From: Eledone cirrhosa
Taxonomy: Eukaryota
Length of the DNA stretch: 64,000 nucleotides
Assembly (NCBI GenBank): GCA_964016885.1
Contig: OZ024747.1
Span: 65,782,001-65,846,000 of the forward strand
Direction: 5' to 3'
The notes under the pieces were generated by a model that was not told where the DNA came from, made no database searches, and was given only the letters and a program-made list of their open reading frames with translations. The first letter of the stretch is position 1; each line of letters opens with the position of its first letter. Both the position numbers and the translations under genes were made by a program. Of this stretch, positions 39,412 to 51,536 are shown in pieces.

Positions 39412-40761
39412 ATGTCTGGAAAGCAACAAATGAAACCAACAGAATCAGAAAGAATTCTAAAGGAGATATCATCGAAATTATCAACACTTATCACGATGAT
39501 GGACACACAATCCTCTATTTTAAAGGAAATAGAAAAACAATCTACAGACGGAAAACTTATAACTGAACATATAAACTCTGAAATTAAGAATTTAGCTGAA
39601 ATTATACCAACAGTTATCAAAGATACAAGAGAAAGCCTACCACAACCCCCTTGGATGTCAGAAATAAACGAAAGAAATTTGGAAAACAAAACACATCGAA
39701 TAAGAAAAGAAATGTGGAAGACATGGAAAAAATTCCTTAACATAAGAAAACAAAATTTCTGGAAAGCATACAGATGCGAAAAATATGTCGAAACACATTC
39801 GAAATGGCTCTCTCTAACGGCACCCATACTCCCTCGTAAATACCTAATTACAGAAATTGCAGGAGAACCAGAAGAAGAAACAAAACTCCGATGGGAACTT
39901 ACATTGACAAAATTCAGGACCGACATCTCCATTTCTGAATGTAAACAATCCCGCTACAAAGCCAAATATGAAGCTATTGATGACCAAATTGAAGTTGAAA
40001 TTTCAAAGCTAACGACTGGTATTATAGCTGAAAAACTACGAGAACTATGGATCGGAGATATCTCAAAAGAAGAAAACAAATCAAGAAAGGTATGGCAGCA
40101 GAAACAATTATTTCTCGATGAATATGCTGCAAATTACGGTAAAGACTCTGGAACCCTGAGAAAAAGCATTAAAAGTGGACAATCTCATCAACACAACATA
40201 CGCCAGAACACGTGCCAACACAAACACTCACCTTATCTTGAATCAAAGAAGAACTACGGTAATAACTCTTCGCTTTTTCTACAAAAACACCCTATCGCAC
40301 ACAACATGAACAAAAAGCACAAACACGATAGGTATTCCTTTGACCAGACCATGAGAAGTAGTAAAACCAGGAGATCATTCTCAAGATCTCAACAGAGACT
40401 ACCAACAAGGAATGTGGAAACAAAACGTAGAATAACCAGATCACTCTCAAGATCTCAACAGAGATTGCCCACAAGAAACTGGACGAAAAAACGATCTAAA
40501 CCTGAAAGCAAACCTAGGTCATTTTCCCAGATTGTTAAAAATAATGCTAACAGGAAGAAAAATAATATACAGAATACCAAAAATAGGACAAAATACATAA
40601 CGAAACCAAATATAATATCACGACCAAAAGTTCATCAAGCGAACACCAACAGGAATATAAATCCTGAACAGAGAAAAATTCATTTTTTAACGTCAGGACA
40701 ACAAAAACCGGAAAAAGAAAAACTCCAGGAGGAAACATACCCAAAACAGCTGTACACGTAG
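39412..40761 (+). CDS. PLE2 ORF1: 449 aa, helical/coiled-coil-like N-half and K/R-rich C-half
   Basis: Intact ORF inside the pLTRs; E/K/L/I-rich N-half; basic tail with RSFSRSQQRLPTRN repeated twice. Confidence 0.8.
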   Translation: MSGKQQMKPTESERILKEISSKLSTLITMMDTQSSILKEIEKQSTDGKLITEHINSEIKNLAEIIPTVIKDTRESLPQPPWMSEINERNLENKTHRIRKEMWKTWKKFLNIRKQNFWKAYRCEKYVETHSKWLSLTAPILPRKYLITEIAGEPEEETKLRWELTLTKFRTDISISECKQSRYKAKYEAIDDQIEVEISKLTTGIIAEKLRELWIGDISKEENKSRKVWQQKQLFLDEYAANYGKDSGTLRKSIKSGQSHQHNIRQNTCQHKHSPYLESKKNYGNNSSLFLQKHPIAHNMNKKHKHDRYSFDQTMRSSKTRRSFSRSQQRLPTRNVETKRRITRSLSRSQQRLPTRNWTKKRSKPESKPRSFSQIVKNNANRKKNNIQNTKNRTKYITKPNIISRPKVHQANTNRNINPEQRKIHFLTSGQQKPEKEKLQEETYPKQLYT

Positions 40762-42995
40762 ATCCTAAAATAATTAATTTATCTAAAAGAGATCTTGACA
40801 ATGATGAAATGCAAATTCTGTCAAAAGGACTGAAATTCACACCGACTCCAACAGTCAACCACCAAGAATTGAAGGAGGATACCCAAGAATTCTGTCGAAA
40901 ATTACGTCTTGTAGAATTCTTCGCTGATAAAAATAATGAGAGTGATGAATCACTAGTAAAGAATAAATCAAATTTCACTCCGCCAAAAGGAAGAAATATC
41001 TATCTCGACCAATACATTGACATCCTGTCTAAATTTCCTCTTAGACATAATACTAATGTTAGGCCAAACATTAACAAATCAGAAATGTCTGCACTTAAAC
41101 GTATACAAAATGATAAAACAATAATAATTAAACAAGCAGATAAAGGGGGTGCAGTTGTTATAATGGATACTGAATACTACAAGGATTTGGTTGAGGAACA
41201 ACTGAAAGACACAACATTCTATCATGAAATACCGTCAAATATAGACCACAACATCATGAAGAAGATCAACAACCTGGCTTCAAAATACCACAACTCATTT
41301 ACTGATAAGGAAAGAGACTACATCACCAATTTTGAGCCGAAACCCAGCAACCTGTATGGCCTACCGAAAGTTCACAAGTCAAAAGAAATACAACTGGCAG
41401 TAAGAGAACAAAACAGTGAGTACATTAAATTATTACACCCAAAAGACTTAAAACTTAGACCTATTATAGCTGGTCCAACATGCCCCACTCACCGTCTAAG
41501 CAATTTTGTTGACATTATTTTGAAACCACTATGTATTCACATACCCAGTTTCATCCGGGATGATATCGACTTCCTGTCCCATCTTCCCAAAACCACGGAA
41601 ACGAATTCACTTCTACTCAGTTTTGATGTGGTAAGCCTTTACACCAACATTACACATGATTTAGGAATAAAGGCGGTTAAATACTGGGTGGAAAAACATA
41701 GAGAAGTGATTCCCATTAGATTCACAGCGCCATTTATATTAGACGCAGTTAAACTTATTCTGGAAAACAACACTTTCTTCTTCAATGGAAAGAATTACAT
41801 CCAAATTAGAGGCACAGCGATGGGAACGAAGTTTGCTCCCGTTTACGCGAACTCTGTAATGGGATACTTAGAACAACAACTCTACCAAGAAATAGAGGAA
41901 AAATATAGTACTGACTTTAGAAAGTACATTGAAAAATCTTGGAAGAGATACCTTGACGACTGTTTCATCATCTGGACAGAATCTCTAGATACTCTGGATG
42001 AGTTCAATATCCTCCTGAATAACCTACACCCATCTCTCCAATTCACAAAAGAGATGAGTAGGACCAAATTACCATTCCTAGATATAATGATAATCAAAAA
42101 CGACACCACCATTACCACGGATATATATTATAAACACACAGACACCCATCAATATCTGAATTTTAAGTCGTGCCATCCACCTCATACAAAACGCAACATC
42201 CCATACTGCCTAGCCAGAAGAATTTGTACCATTGTAGAAGATACGAATACCAGGTACAAACGCCTAACAGAACTAAGAGAATTTTTGCTCAAACAAAAAT
42301 ACCCATCTCTACTTATAGAAAATGGCATACAGCGGGCTATAAAAATACCTATACAACAACTTAGAACAACCCAAAGAAGAAGAAACCAAGAACTGGTCAT
42401 ACCATTTATAATGACACACAACCCATGTCACCAGAATATCTTCAACACTGCCAAAGCAAACCTACCGATCATTGCTCAAAGTAATGAATTAAAAGGCTTA
42501 ATCACAGATCGATCTTTGACTCTTAGTAAAAGACAGCCAAAAAATTTGAAGCAATTGCTAACAAAAGCAAAGTTTGACCTTAACAACAAAGACCAATCAT
42601 TCACTGTATCTAAATGCAATGATAATCGATGCGGCACATGTCAATCCATACACGCCGGTCAATATATGAAAACAAAAACTGGAAAAATATTCACAAATGC
42701 AAATATGAACTGCAAAAGCAGAAATCTAATTTACTGCATTAAATGCCCGAATTGTGAAGAACTATATGTCGGTCAAACTGGAAATGCACTATCGGAACGT
42801 GCACGGGTACACCGTCAACAAATCAGAGACCCAAATGTCCGTCAGATACCCCTAAGCGGCCACCTGGCAACATGTGGTCAGGGAATATTTATAATATTCC
42901 CATTCTACAAATTACACAGCCCAAATGAAATCAAGAGAAAAATCAAAGAAAAGAATTTTATTGATAAATTCAAACCCAAGCTAAATGAACAATAA
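40668..42995 (+). CDS. PLE2 RT + zinc-finger linker + GIY-YIG (-1 frame open from 40668; first ATG 40809)
   Basis: IINLSKR..LSKGLKFTPTP, IKQADKGGAVV, YGLPKVHK, RPII, SFDVVSLYTNI, GTAMGT, RYLDD, PFLD, SCHP, CNDNRCGTC, NLIYCIKC..YVGQT, RVH. Confidence 0.95.
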   Translation, partial: TEKNSFFNVRTTKTGKRKTPGGNIPKTAVHVDPKIINLSKRDLDNDEMQILSKGLKFTPTPTVNHQELKEDTQEFCRKLRLVEFFADKNNESDESLVKNKSNFTPPKGRNIYLDQYIDILSKFPLRHNTNVRPNINKSEMSALKRIQNDKTIIIKQADKGGAVVIMDTEYYKDLVEEQLKDTTFYHEIPSNIDHNIMKKINNLASKYHNSFTDKERDYITNFEPKPSNLYGLPKVHKSKEIQLAVREQNSEYIKLLHPKDLKLRPIIAGPTCPTHRLSNFVDIILKPLCIHIPSFIRDDIDFLSHLPKTTETNSLLLSFDVVSLYTNITHDLGIKAVKYWVEKHREVIPIRFTAPFILDAVKLILENNTFFFNGKNYIQIRGTAMGTKFAPVYANSVMGYLEQQLYQEIEEKYSTDFRKYIEKSWKRYLDDCFIIWTESLDTLDEFNILLNNLHPSLQFTKEMSRTKLPFLDIMIIKNDTTITTDIYYKHTDTHQYLNFKSCHPPHTKRNIPYCLARRICTIVEDTNTRYKRLTELREFLLKQKYPSLLIENGIQRAIKIPIQQLRTTQRRRNQELVIPFIMTHNPCHQNIFNTAKANLPIIAQSNELKGLITDRSLTLSKRQPKNLKQLLTKAKFDLNNKDQSFTVSKCNDNRCGTCQSIHAGQYMKTKTGKIFTNANMNCKSRNLIYCIKCPNCEELYVGQTGNALSERARVHRQQIRDPNVRQIPLSGHLATCGQGIFIIFPFYKLHSPNEIKRKIKEKNFIDKFKPKLNEQ

Positions 42996-43370
42996 TAACG
43001 CCTAGGGGTATTACTTCTACTACCACTATGACCACGACCACTAACAACAACAACAACAACAATAATAATAATAATAAAAGTGATGTTGATGGTGATGATT
43101 AATAGAAAATGCTATTTTCATCATTTCAAAAAAGCAAAACAATTGATACGTTGGATATGACTATTGGTCGTTAGCATGCTCAACCAGCCGTGACGCTTAA
43201 ACCAATCAGCTGTAGTAATTCAGTGAAACTACACACTGATTGGTCGAAATACAGTTTACAGGGCTTTGCATTCTGGAGCCACTTTTCTCTGTATAAAATG
43301 TATAAAAGGTAGGAAATTTACCCATCTCATTACAGTTGAAAATTGCAAACTCGACTGTCACCACATATCA

Positions 43371-43409
43371 TGAACCTGAAGATTGCGAAAGCATGAAAGT
43401 ACTTGTTCA
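43371..43409 (+). ncRNA. Minimal type I hammerhead in the PLE2 3' pLTR
   Basis: tgaac CTGAAGA t-tgc-gaaa-gca-t GAAA gtac TT gttca: 5-bp stem I, GNRA-capped stem II, palindromic stem III. Confidence 0.85.
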
Positions 43410-43523
43410 ATTAACACTTAGAATTTAATATTCTATCATACTATTTCATTATAATACCATTATATATATTTTAAAGGATTGTAAATAAAACGAGTAAATC
43501 AGACAAAGTTGGAATTCCTCTTA

Positions 43524-43571
<48 letters not shown>

Positions 43572-43671
43572 ATATAGGATCGATCAATTTTCGTCAAATC
43601 GGACCGAGGAAACAATGTTTTCGTCGGTCTTTCCAGTTGCTAGTACTATCTATCGGTCGCAACTCTAGGTA

Positions 43672-43795
43672 GAAGGAGCAACGTGAAATAAAGTGTCTTG
43701 CTCAAGGACATAACGCATCACCCGGTCCAGGAATCGAACTCACAACCTCAAGATTGTGAATCCAATTCTCTAATCACTCAGCCACACACCCTCAC
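43672..43795 (-). mobile_element. tRNA/CORE-like SINE fragment
   Basis: Minus strand tggctgagtg..gagttcgattcc..ccttgagcaagacactttatttc. Confidence 0.75.
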
Positions 43796-43799
43796 ACAC

Positions 43800-43903
<104 letters not shown>

Positions 43904-43911
43904 CCGTGTAC

Positions 43912-44680
43912 CAATTTATCACGCTATCTAACGTATGTTAATTATTCTAAGGTGATACAGCCTTATTGAGTGCTTTGGTGCACAAGCCTAATTGTATATC
44001 GTTAGCTTTGCCACAGCTAAAACTTCGATTTTATTAAACTTCCATTTGTATTATTATCTCCTAGGCCTAATAATTAATTAATTAATTAATTAATTTAATT
44101 AGGCAATTCTATTGATTGATTAATTATTTATGTTTGTTTAATAACATCTAGTCGAGAGCTTCTTATTCGGTTTGCGGAATGGAATCAATTTTTTTGTTCA
44201 CACTTTGAATTTGTCCGCCAAAAAACCCGGCGGTTATTTCCCTTGTTGGGGAAAATGCACGTGAAAGTGAAACATTGACTGCTACATTTAGTAGTAGCCT
44301 ACTGCTATACTTCACACCGGTTCGAGGCACAGAACGGAAACCTGTTGATAACGCGAGTCCACGGTTCGGCTATAGAATACTACAAACTTGCATATTTCGC
44401 AAGTAGGATTGTTGATTTTGGATTCATAGAAACCTAGCGGAGATATTGCACAATACTTTCCGAGACGGTCCAGGTTTGTTATCTAACGTGAATGTATTTT
44501 CGTTGCTTTGATATTATGTGGCTAGGCACGCCTACCGCAGTTTTCAATTTGTCACGCTAACGTATGTTAATTACTCTAAGGTGATACAGCTTTATTGTGT
44601 GCTTTGGTGTATAAACCTAATTGTATATCATTAGCTTGGCCATAGCCAAAACTTCGATTTTAGTAAACTCCCATTTGTAT
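43912..44680 (+). mobile_element. Retrozyme-like partial tandem (633-bp unit + about 135-bp repeat) between (CA)n and (TA)n
   Basis: 43912-44051 is repeated at 44545-44680; large variant hammerhead at 44338-44477. Confidence 0.7.
44338..44477 (+). ncRNA. Large U3:A8-variant hammerhead
   Basis: aaacctg TTGATAA cgc-gagtcca...tggattc-ata GAAA cc..cggaga-tattg/caata-tttccg..gg TC caggttt; 7-bp perfect stem I. Confidence 0.68.
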
Positions 44681-44776
44681 ATATATATATATATATACGC
44701 ACACGCGCGCACACACATACACAGACACAGACACAGACACACAGACACACAGACACACAGACACACAGACACACAC

Positions 44777-44921
<145 letters not shown>

Positions 44922-45327
44922 AGTGGGTGTGTTGAGAGAGAGAGAGAGAATCAATGTGTGTATCTATTTAAAAGTTTGCAATAACTTGAAATGCCAGTGA
45001 ATCAATAAATGTTGATAATCTTTGACCGAAGAATGGCAGCACAGGTCATTGATTGCTCACACTCATGGCAACAGTCATTTCAAGGGATACAAACAGCTTG
45101 ACACTTTCATCACTCATTCTCTCATTCGTTTCTCTCTCACTTCCACTCCCACCATCTCTCTTTTATTCACTTCTCACTCCCACTATTACCCCCACTCATC
45201 CATTCACTTTCTCACTACAACTCACACTGCCACTTCTCTTTCACTCTCAGTACCACTCACACTGCCACCCTCACTCACTTATTCACTTCTCTCCCATCCT
45301 CACTATCACTAATTCCCCTACAAAAAA

Positions 45328-45540
45328 GGCGGTGGATTGGCAGTATCGGTAGAGGGTCGGATGCCATGCTTTGCAGCACAGAGTTACAGCCCTTTATGAT
45401 CTGATTTCAAATCCCGCCGAGTTTAACTTTGCTTATCATCATTATGGGGTGGATCAAATAAAGTACCAGTCTCGCACTGGGCTCGATTTAATCGACTATC
45501 CCCTCTCCCCAACTTGCTGGCCTTGTGCCTATATAAGAAA
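45328..45540 (+). mobile_element. SINE family A
   Basis: ggcggtggattggcagtatcggtagag head plus body. Confidence 0.85.
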
Positions 45541-46085
45541 TCATTATCATAATTCTCTCACTCATGTATTCAGTACTCACCCACTAACTCACATTGCCAT
45601 TGCCCCCACCCCTAGACAAGTAAGGGAGTGAGTGAAACCCTTATACGATATTACAAAGGCGCATGGCTTAGTGTTAAGGGTGATCGGTTATCGATCGTAG
45701 GATCGTGAATTCGATTCCCACCGACACGCTGTCTACTCATCTGAAAAAAGTGAGTTTTAAGTGTATTACAAAGAGTTAGCCTTGTTATAAACCACGTCAC
45801 ACTGAATCAACCTGAGAATTACATTAAGGGTACGAAATGTTCTGCAACTTACACTTTAATACAAGGTGAACTTGCCTGTAATTCAAAGGTTTAGCCTTGT
45901 CACACACTGCATCACGCTGAATTTCTAAGTTAAGAGTGCACGTGTCTGTGGCATACTTAGCTACTTGCATGTTAATTTCGTAATCAGACTGTTCTCTTGA
46001 ACAAACAACTGGAATATTCGTCGTCAAAACCGACGGAGGTCCGATACATACAATATTCCAAGTCATGCAGTCCATACTTATATTT

Positions 46086-46866
<781 letters not shown>

Positions 46867-46869
46867 ATA

Positions 46870-47220
46870 TATTTATATATATCAATAATATTAATAAATG
46901 GAAGCTATCTTTATAAAACCATATTTATTTTATTATATATATTTCAAGGGTACCAAATTTTGGTACGCTCTCATCAGATAAAATACAAAACTTGGTTTAC
47001 AGATAGTGACATATTCAGACAAGAACTTAATGTTGTGAGTTCTATTTGAATACTCACATCATTAAGTTCTTGTCTGAATATGTCACTATCTGTAAACCAA
47101 CTTTTGTATTTTATCTGATGAGAGCGTACCAAAATTTGGTACCCTTGAAATATATATAATAAAATAAATATGGTTTTATAAAGATAGCTTCCATTTATTA
47201 ATATTATTGATATATATATA
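46870..47220. mobile_element. Inverted duplication of an HHR-bearing pLTR-like fragment
   Basis: About 160-bp arms (46870-47032 / 47058-47220) around a short spacer. Confidence 0.8.
47107..47166 (+). ncRNA. Type I hammerhead (inverted copy at 46926-46985)
   Basis: tattttat CTGATGA gag-c-gtaccaa-aat-ttggtac-c-ctt GAAA tatata TA ataaaata; 8-bp stem I. Confidence 0.82.
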
Positions 47221-47340
47221 TATATTGATATATATAACCGACTCTCTCTTTCTATTGGCAAAAATTTGTGAAATCATAAAACCAGAAGAACATACATGCA
47301 TACATACATACATGCATACATGCATACATACATACATACA

Positions 47341-47785
47341 TGGTGATTGCCAACTCGTTTTCGAGTACGGCCACTACTTTATATCCACGTAGGAGAACCC
47401 CTACCGATGCGCTGAACGAGTGTGACTTTTTAGTCCAGCCAGCGACTTGAAAACTCTGGTACAAACGCTACACTTGTGACAATTATTGACACAGTGCTGG
47501 GCCCATGGTACCATGTGATGACAAGTGCAGAGAGATCTCCAGATATAAAGCATTGCCTGTGCCGTGAAGCTTTTATAGTGAGCAAAGGCACTGCACAAAG
47601 CCAGTCCCACTCTCTTAACCAAGATGATATTTACCAAAAAGAACAACAAGTCAACATCATTGGATACCATCAGAGTTGCAGCTGTTATATCAGAGTTTTC
47701 CTTCTTCTAGAATTCTGCCTTGACAAAGGCTAAAGGGGTCATCTTCCCGGTGATTTTGGATGGCCATTGACTCTTAAGAGCTCCT
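47341..47785 (-). mobile_element. Second copy of the non-autonomous RTE-type element
   Basis: Highly similar to 13519-13960; C2H2 remnant CSVCTRVFKSLAGLKSH. Confidence 0.65.
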
Positions 47786-48152
47786 ACATACATACATACA
47801 TAATCATACAAAACCCCCCTCCCCCAAAAAGTACACAGCCATAAACATGGCAAAAAAAGAACTCATATAATATATAAAGAAACACACAGACATCACAGAA
47901 AAAAACTACTACACCCCACCAACACCAAGAACTCTCCCGACAAACATAAGCATCATTGAAATCTCAATAGAACAGTACAAACCTTTAAAACAAAAATTCC
48001 CCAACGCAGTTGGAGATTTCAGAGGGTCGGTTACCAAGAGGATATACACTGACATCCTCTTGGAAACACCCATGAAGAGACGGTTCTACTGTCCCTTCAC
48101 CACACGATCAAGGTAAGTGACCCTTTCTCACTTGCCCCGTTTCTCATCCAAC

Positions 48153-51100
48153 ATGGCCGTACTCAGAATAGGCAGTATAAATGCACGTGGCCTGGGGTCA
48201 TCTTGGAAGCAGGGTCACCTGCTCAACGACCTCAGGTCACTAAACATAGATGTGGTGGCCATCAGTGAGACCAGAATCTCCGAAGCACAAGCCTTCGCAC
48301 CGATCTTCGGCGGCTACGATGTATACGCATCTCCCAGCCGTCCAGGATCGGGGGAGGGGTTGCCGTCCTTTTTCGGAGAGGCTTGGATCTCGCCATACGG
48401 GCCATCTTCCTAGACCCAGAAGATACGTCGGTGGTGCTTGACGTGACCGGCAGCGAAGGCAATGCTTTCAGGCTAGGGGCAGGACGGCCAGATTTCTTCA
48501 GACGTCTAGAGACCTTTCTTGGAACGTCCCGCTCTTTAGTGTTAGTGGGCGACTGGAACGGTATCTTGGATGCAAGCTGGAATTGTGTGGGGCTAGTGGA
48601 TAGGGGAGGAGGGTGCAAGAGCCTCACCAACCTGCTCAGACGTTTTAAACTGTCTGACAGGTATCGACTGGATCACCCGAATGTGCCAATGTGGACATGG
48701 ACAAACCGAATCGGTCATCCAGATCGTATCTCGATAGGGTATTCTGCAGAGAACTAGATAAGGCTAGTATAAGCTGTCCACAATTTAAAATAGTCGACTA
48801 CACAGACCACAAATTTGAGATCTGTGAGATCGACATAGACAGACTTCATAGACAAGGGCCCGGTTACTGGAAGCTGAACGCGTCTTTCCCGGCGCGCAAA
48901 GCCTACAGAGACGGGATTAGCGTATTAGTTAAGCGGGCCTTGACGGGAGCGGTCGTCAACAACAGGTGGTGGGTCGCCCTGAAAAGAGCAATTAAAGTAG
49001 AGTCGATTAGGTTTAGCAAAGGAGTAGTGATAGAGGAAAATAGAGTAGAGGGAGAGCTAGTCAGAAAGCTAGAAGAGGCGTTTAGGACAGGCATCGCAAG
49101 CGACGTGCTTGCGGCGAGATTGGCACTCAACCAATTATTCAACGCAAAACACGAAGGCTGCGTTGTCAGAGCTAGAGCGCGTGCTCTGAAACACGAGGGG
49201 ACAAAAACCGTCCAATGGGCCCGGGTGGCAGAGGCGCGACGTGGCAACAAAGCCACAATTCGATCTTTGTCTGACCAAAACGGGTGCGTGATGCTCGAAC
49301 CCGAGCGGATGTGTGAAGCTTTTCAGCAGCACCTTGCTGAACTGTTCGGGAACAGCGGCGGCCCGGATCGGGGCATGAACTTCAGTGCATACCTCGACGG
49401 ACTGCTTCGGCTCTCGACGACCGCAGCACAGTGTTGCGAAAAGCCAATAACAGCCGGTGAAATACGGGAAGCGATGGCTAACTGCACAAGGGGTAAATCG
49501 CCAGGTTTGGATGGTCTGCCCTATGAGCTTTATGCATTTATGCCAGACTTGTTCGGTGACCTCTTGGCAGACGTCTACTGCAACTGGCAGCAGAACGGGA
49601 GCATTCCCAGTTTTGTGAGCCGGGGAGCGGTGGCGCTGCTGAGAAAAGACCCGAACAAGGGGGATGTTATCGATAATTTCAGGCCCATAACCCTGCTAAA
49701 CGCAGAGTTCAAGATTTTGGCCAAGGTGTTGGCAACGAGGTTGGCGCTTGTCATCAAGGGTCTGGTGGGAGATGCGCAGACATGCGCCATTCCGGACAGA
49801 TCCATACACGACAACCTCCACCTCATGCGATACATCATAGAGAGGGTGGTTAAAGAACCTGGCACGGGTGGGGCCCTGATCAACTTGGATCAATCCAAAG
49901 CATTCGATAAGGTCGACCATGGCGGCGGTCCTCGAGGCAGCCGGTTTAGGGCCCGTTTTCAGTGGTTGGATCGCAGCGATGCACAGCGACATCTGCTCAG
50001 TTGTGAGGGTGAACGGTCACCTGTCGCAGCCGTTCAGCATCATGCGCTCAGTCCGCCAGGGTTGTCCCCTCTCGTCCCTCTTGTATTGGCTCTCGAGCCG
50101 TTACTTCACAAACTGGGGGCGATGAGGGGCATCCCACGCGAACTAGGATGCGGGAAATCCGAGTCGGCTTACGCCGACGGCGTCACCGTGGTGGTGTTGA
50201 GCACCAGACACGTCCAGATGCTCCGCACCGCTCTCAAGGACTACGAAGCAGTGACAGGAGCAAAGATAAACCAGGAAAAGTCGGTGGGCTTTCAGCTCGG
50301 CACCTGGAGCGGAAAGTCCATGCCGTCCGACAGCGTCGTGGGGTGTTGGACTGACGGACCGGTTAATTTGCTCGGGGTCTGATTCGGACTGGACCTCCAG
50401 ATGGAGAAAAACTGGAACGAGGTGACGAGCAAGGTGGCCTCTCTCACCCAGAAATGGGCCGAGAGGAAGCTGTCCTTGAAAGGCCGGGCGGAGGTGGCGA
50501 ATGCGTACATCGTATACCGCCTCACCGTCGTCCCTTGTTCCGGCCCAACTCTCACCAAAATGGAGCGCCTCCTCTTCCGCTTTTTGTGGAAGGGACGTGC
50601 TCCCATGGTCAGGCGATCCATCTGCTGTCAACACCCGTTGCGTGGAGGACTGGGCATGCCATGGCTGATGATGCGCAAACTTGCGCTGAGGCTGCGACAT
50701 CTCTGGTGCTTCCTTGACGGTGAACAGGTGTGGTCGCCGTTCGCCAGGCACGTTTTCCCACAGCTCGTCTCCTTGACGGAGCTGCAGTCCTGGGTCAGAA
50801 AAAGACCGAGGGAGAGCGCTTGGAAACTGAAATGTCTCCGAGCATTGCTGACTTGTGGAGCTATGTCGAACAGTTGCTGTCGAGTGTAGGACTGATCCGG
50901 TTATCGACTGAGTCCATTGTGCAGATGGTCTCGCCGTCTTCCTTCGAGGAGAATGGCAGGCGGTTTTCATCTGCCTGGTGGCCATGGCGAAAGAGATTGT
51001 GTGGTGGACAAGGTTAAAAGGGTTAAAGACAGACACTTTCCTCTTCGGCAAATCCCTAATTAACTTTTTCAAGTTTCACTTGAAGAGGAAAATCAGGGTG

Positions 51101-51184
51101 GAGAGGCAAGTGCTGCCTTCTAGCAAGTTTGTTGAAAGGTGGGTGAATGTAGTGAGAATGGTCCGAGTGACCGGACCACTCTGA
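48153..51184 (+). pseudogene. Tx1/L1-clade LINE ORF2 (APE + RT), copy 1, frameshifted and internally deleted
   Basis: GSINARG, ISETR, GDWN, SYLDR, TDH, GYWKLN, KSPGLDG, NFRPITLLN, LDQSKAFD, VRQGCPLS, AYADG, GGLG; about 330 bp missing at 50838 relative to copy 2. Confidence 0.92.
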
Positions 51185-51536
51185 ATATACGTCTGTAGTT
51201 TGAGAAATGGAAAAATTGAGAGAGGGCGCTTGCCCTGGTGGTCAGGGTGGCCGTGGTCTTTTGTGTGGTTTTTGCCACAAGTAACCCTCGGAGGTTTCCC
51301 CATCACACCACCTCCACACATACAAATCACTCGCATCACACAGAAAACAACGTACACGACACTAAAACAAAAACTCCCCAAAGACATCGGAGACTTCCGA
51401 CACACACTCTCCAGGAGGATTTATAAAGACATCCTTCCGGAGGAGGCCACAAGCAGTGAAAAGGATGGACAAACCATCCTTCCTCTACGAGAAGTAAGGT
51501 AAGTGGTCTTTCCCATCTTTTCCACTCCATTTCAAC

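Larger units (their letters stand above)
39104..43530 (+). mobile_element. Penelope-like element 2 (Neptune-like), two ORFs, short inverted + direct 5' pLTR, 3' pLTR ending in (TA)n
   Basis: 39116-39200 is inverted relative to about 39204-39288; 39202-39328 is repeated at 43404-43530; RT-GIY-YIG ORF inside. Confidence 0.93.
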
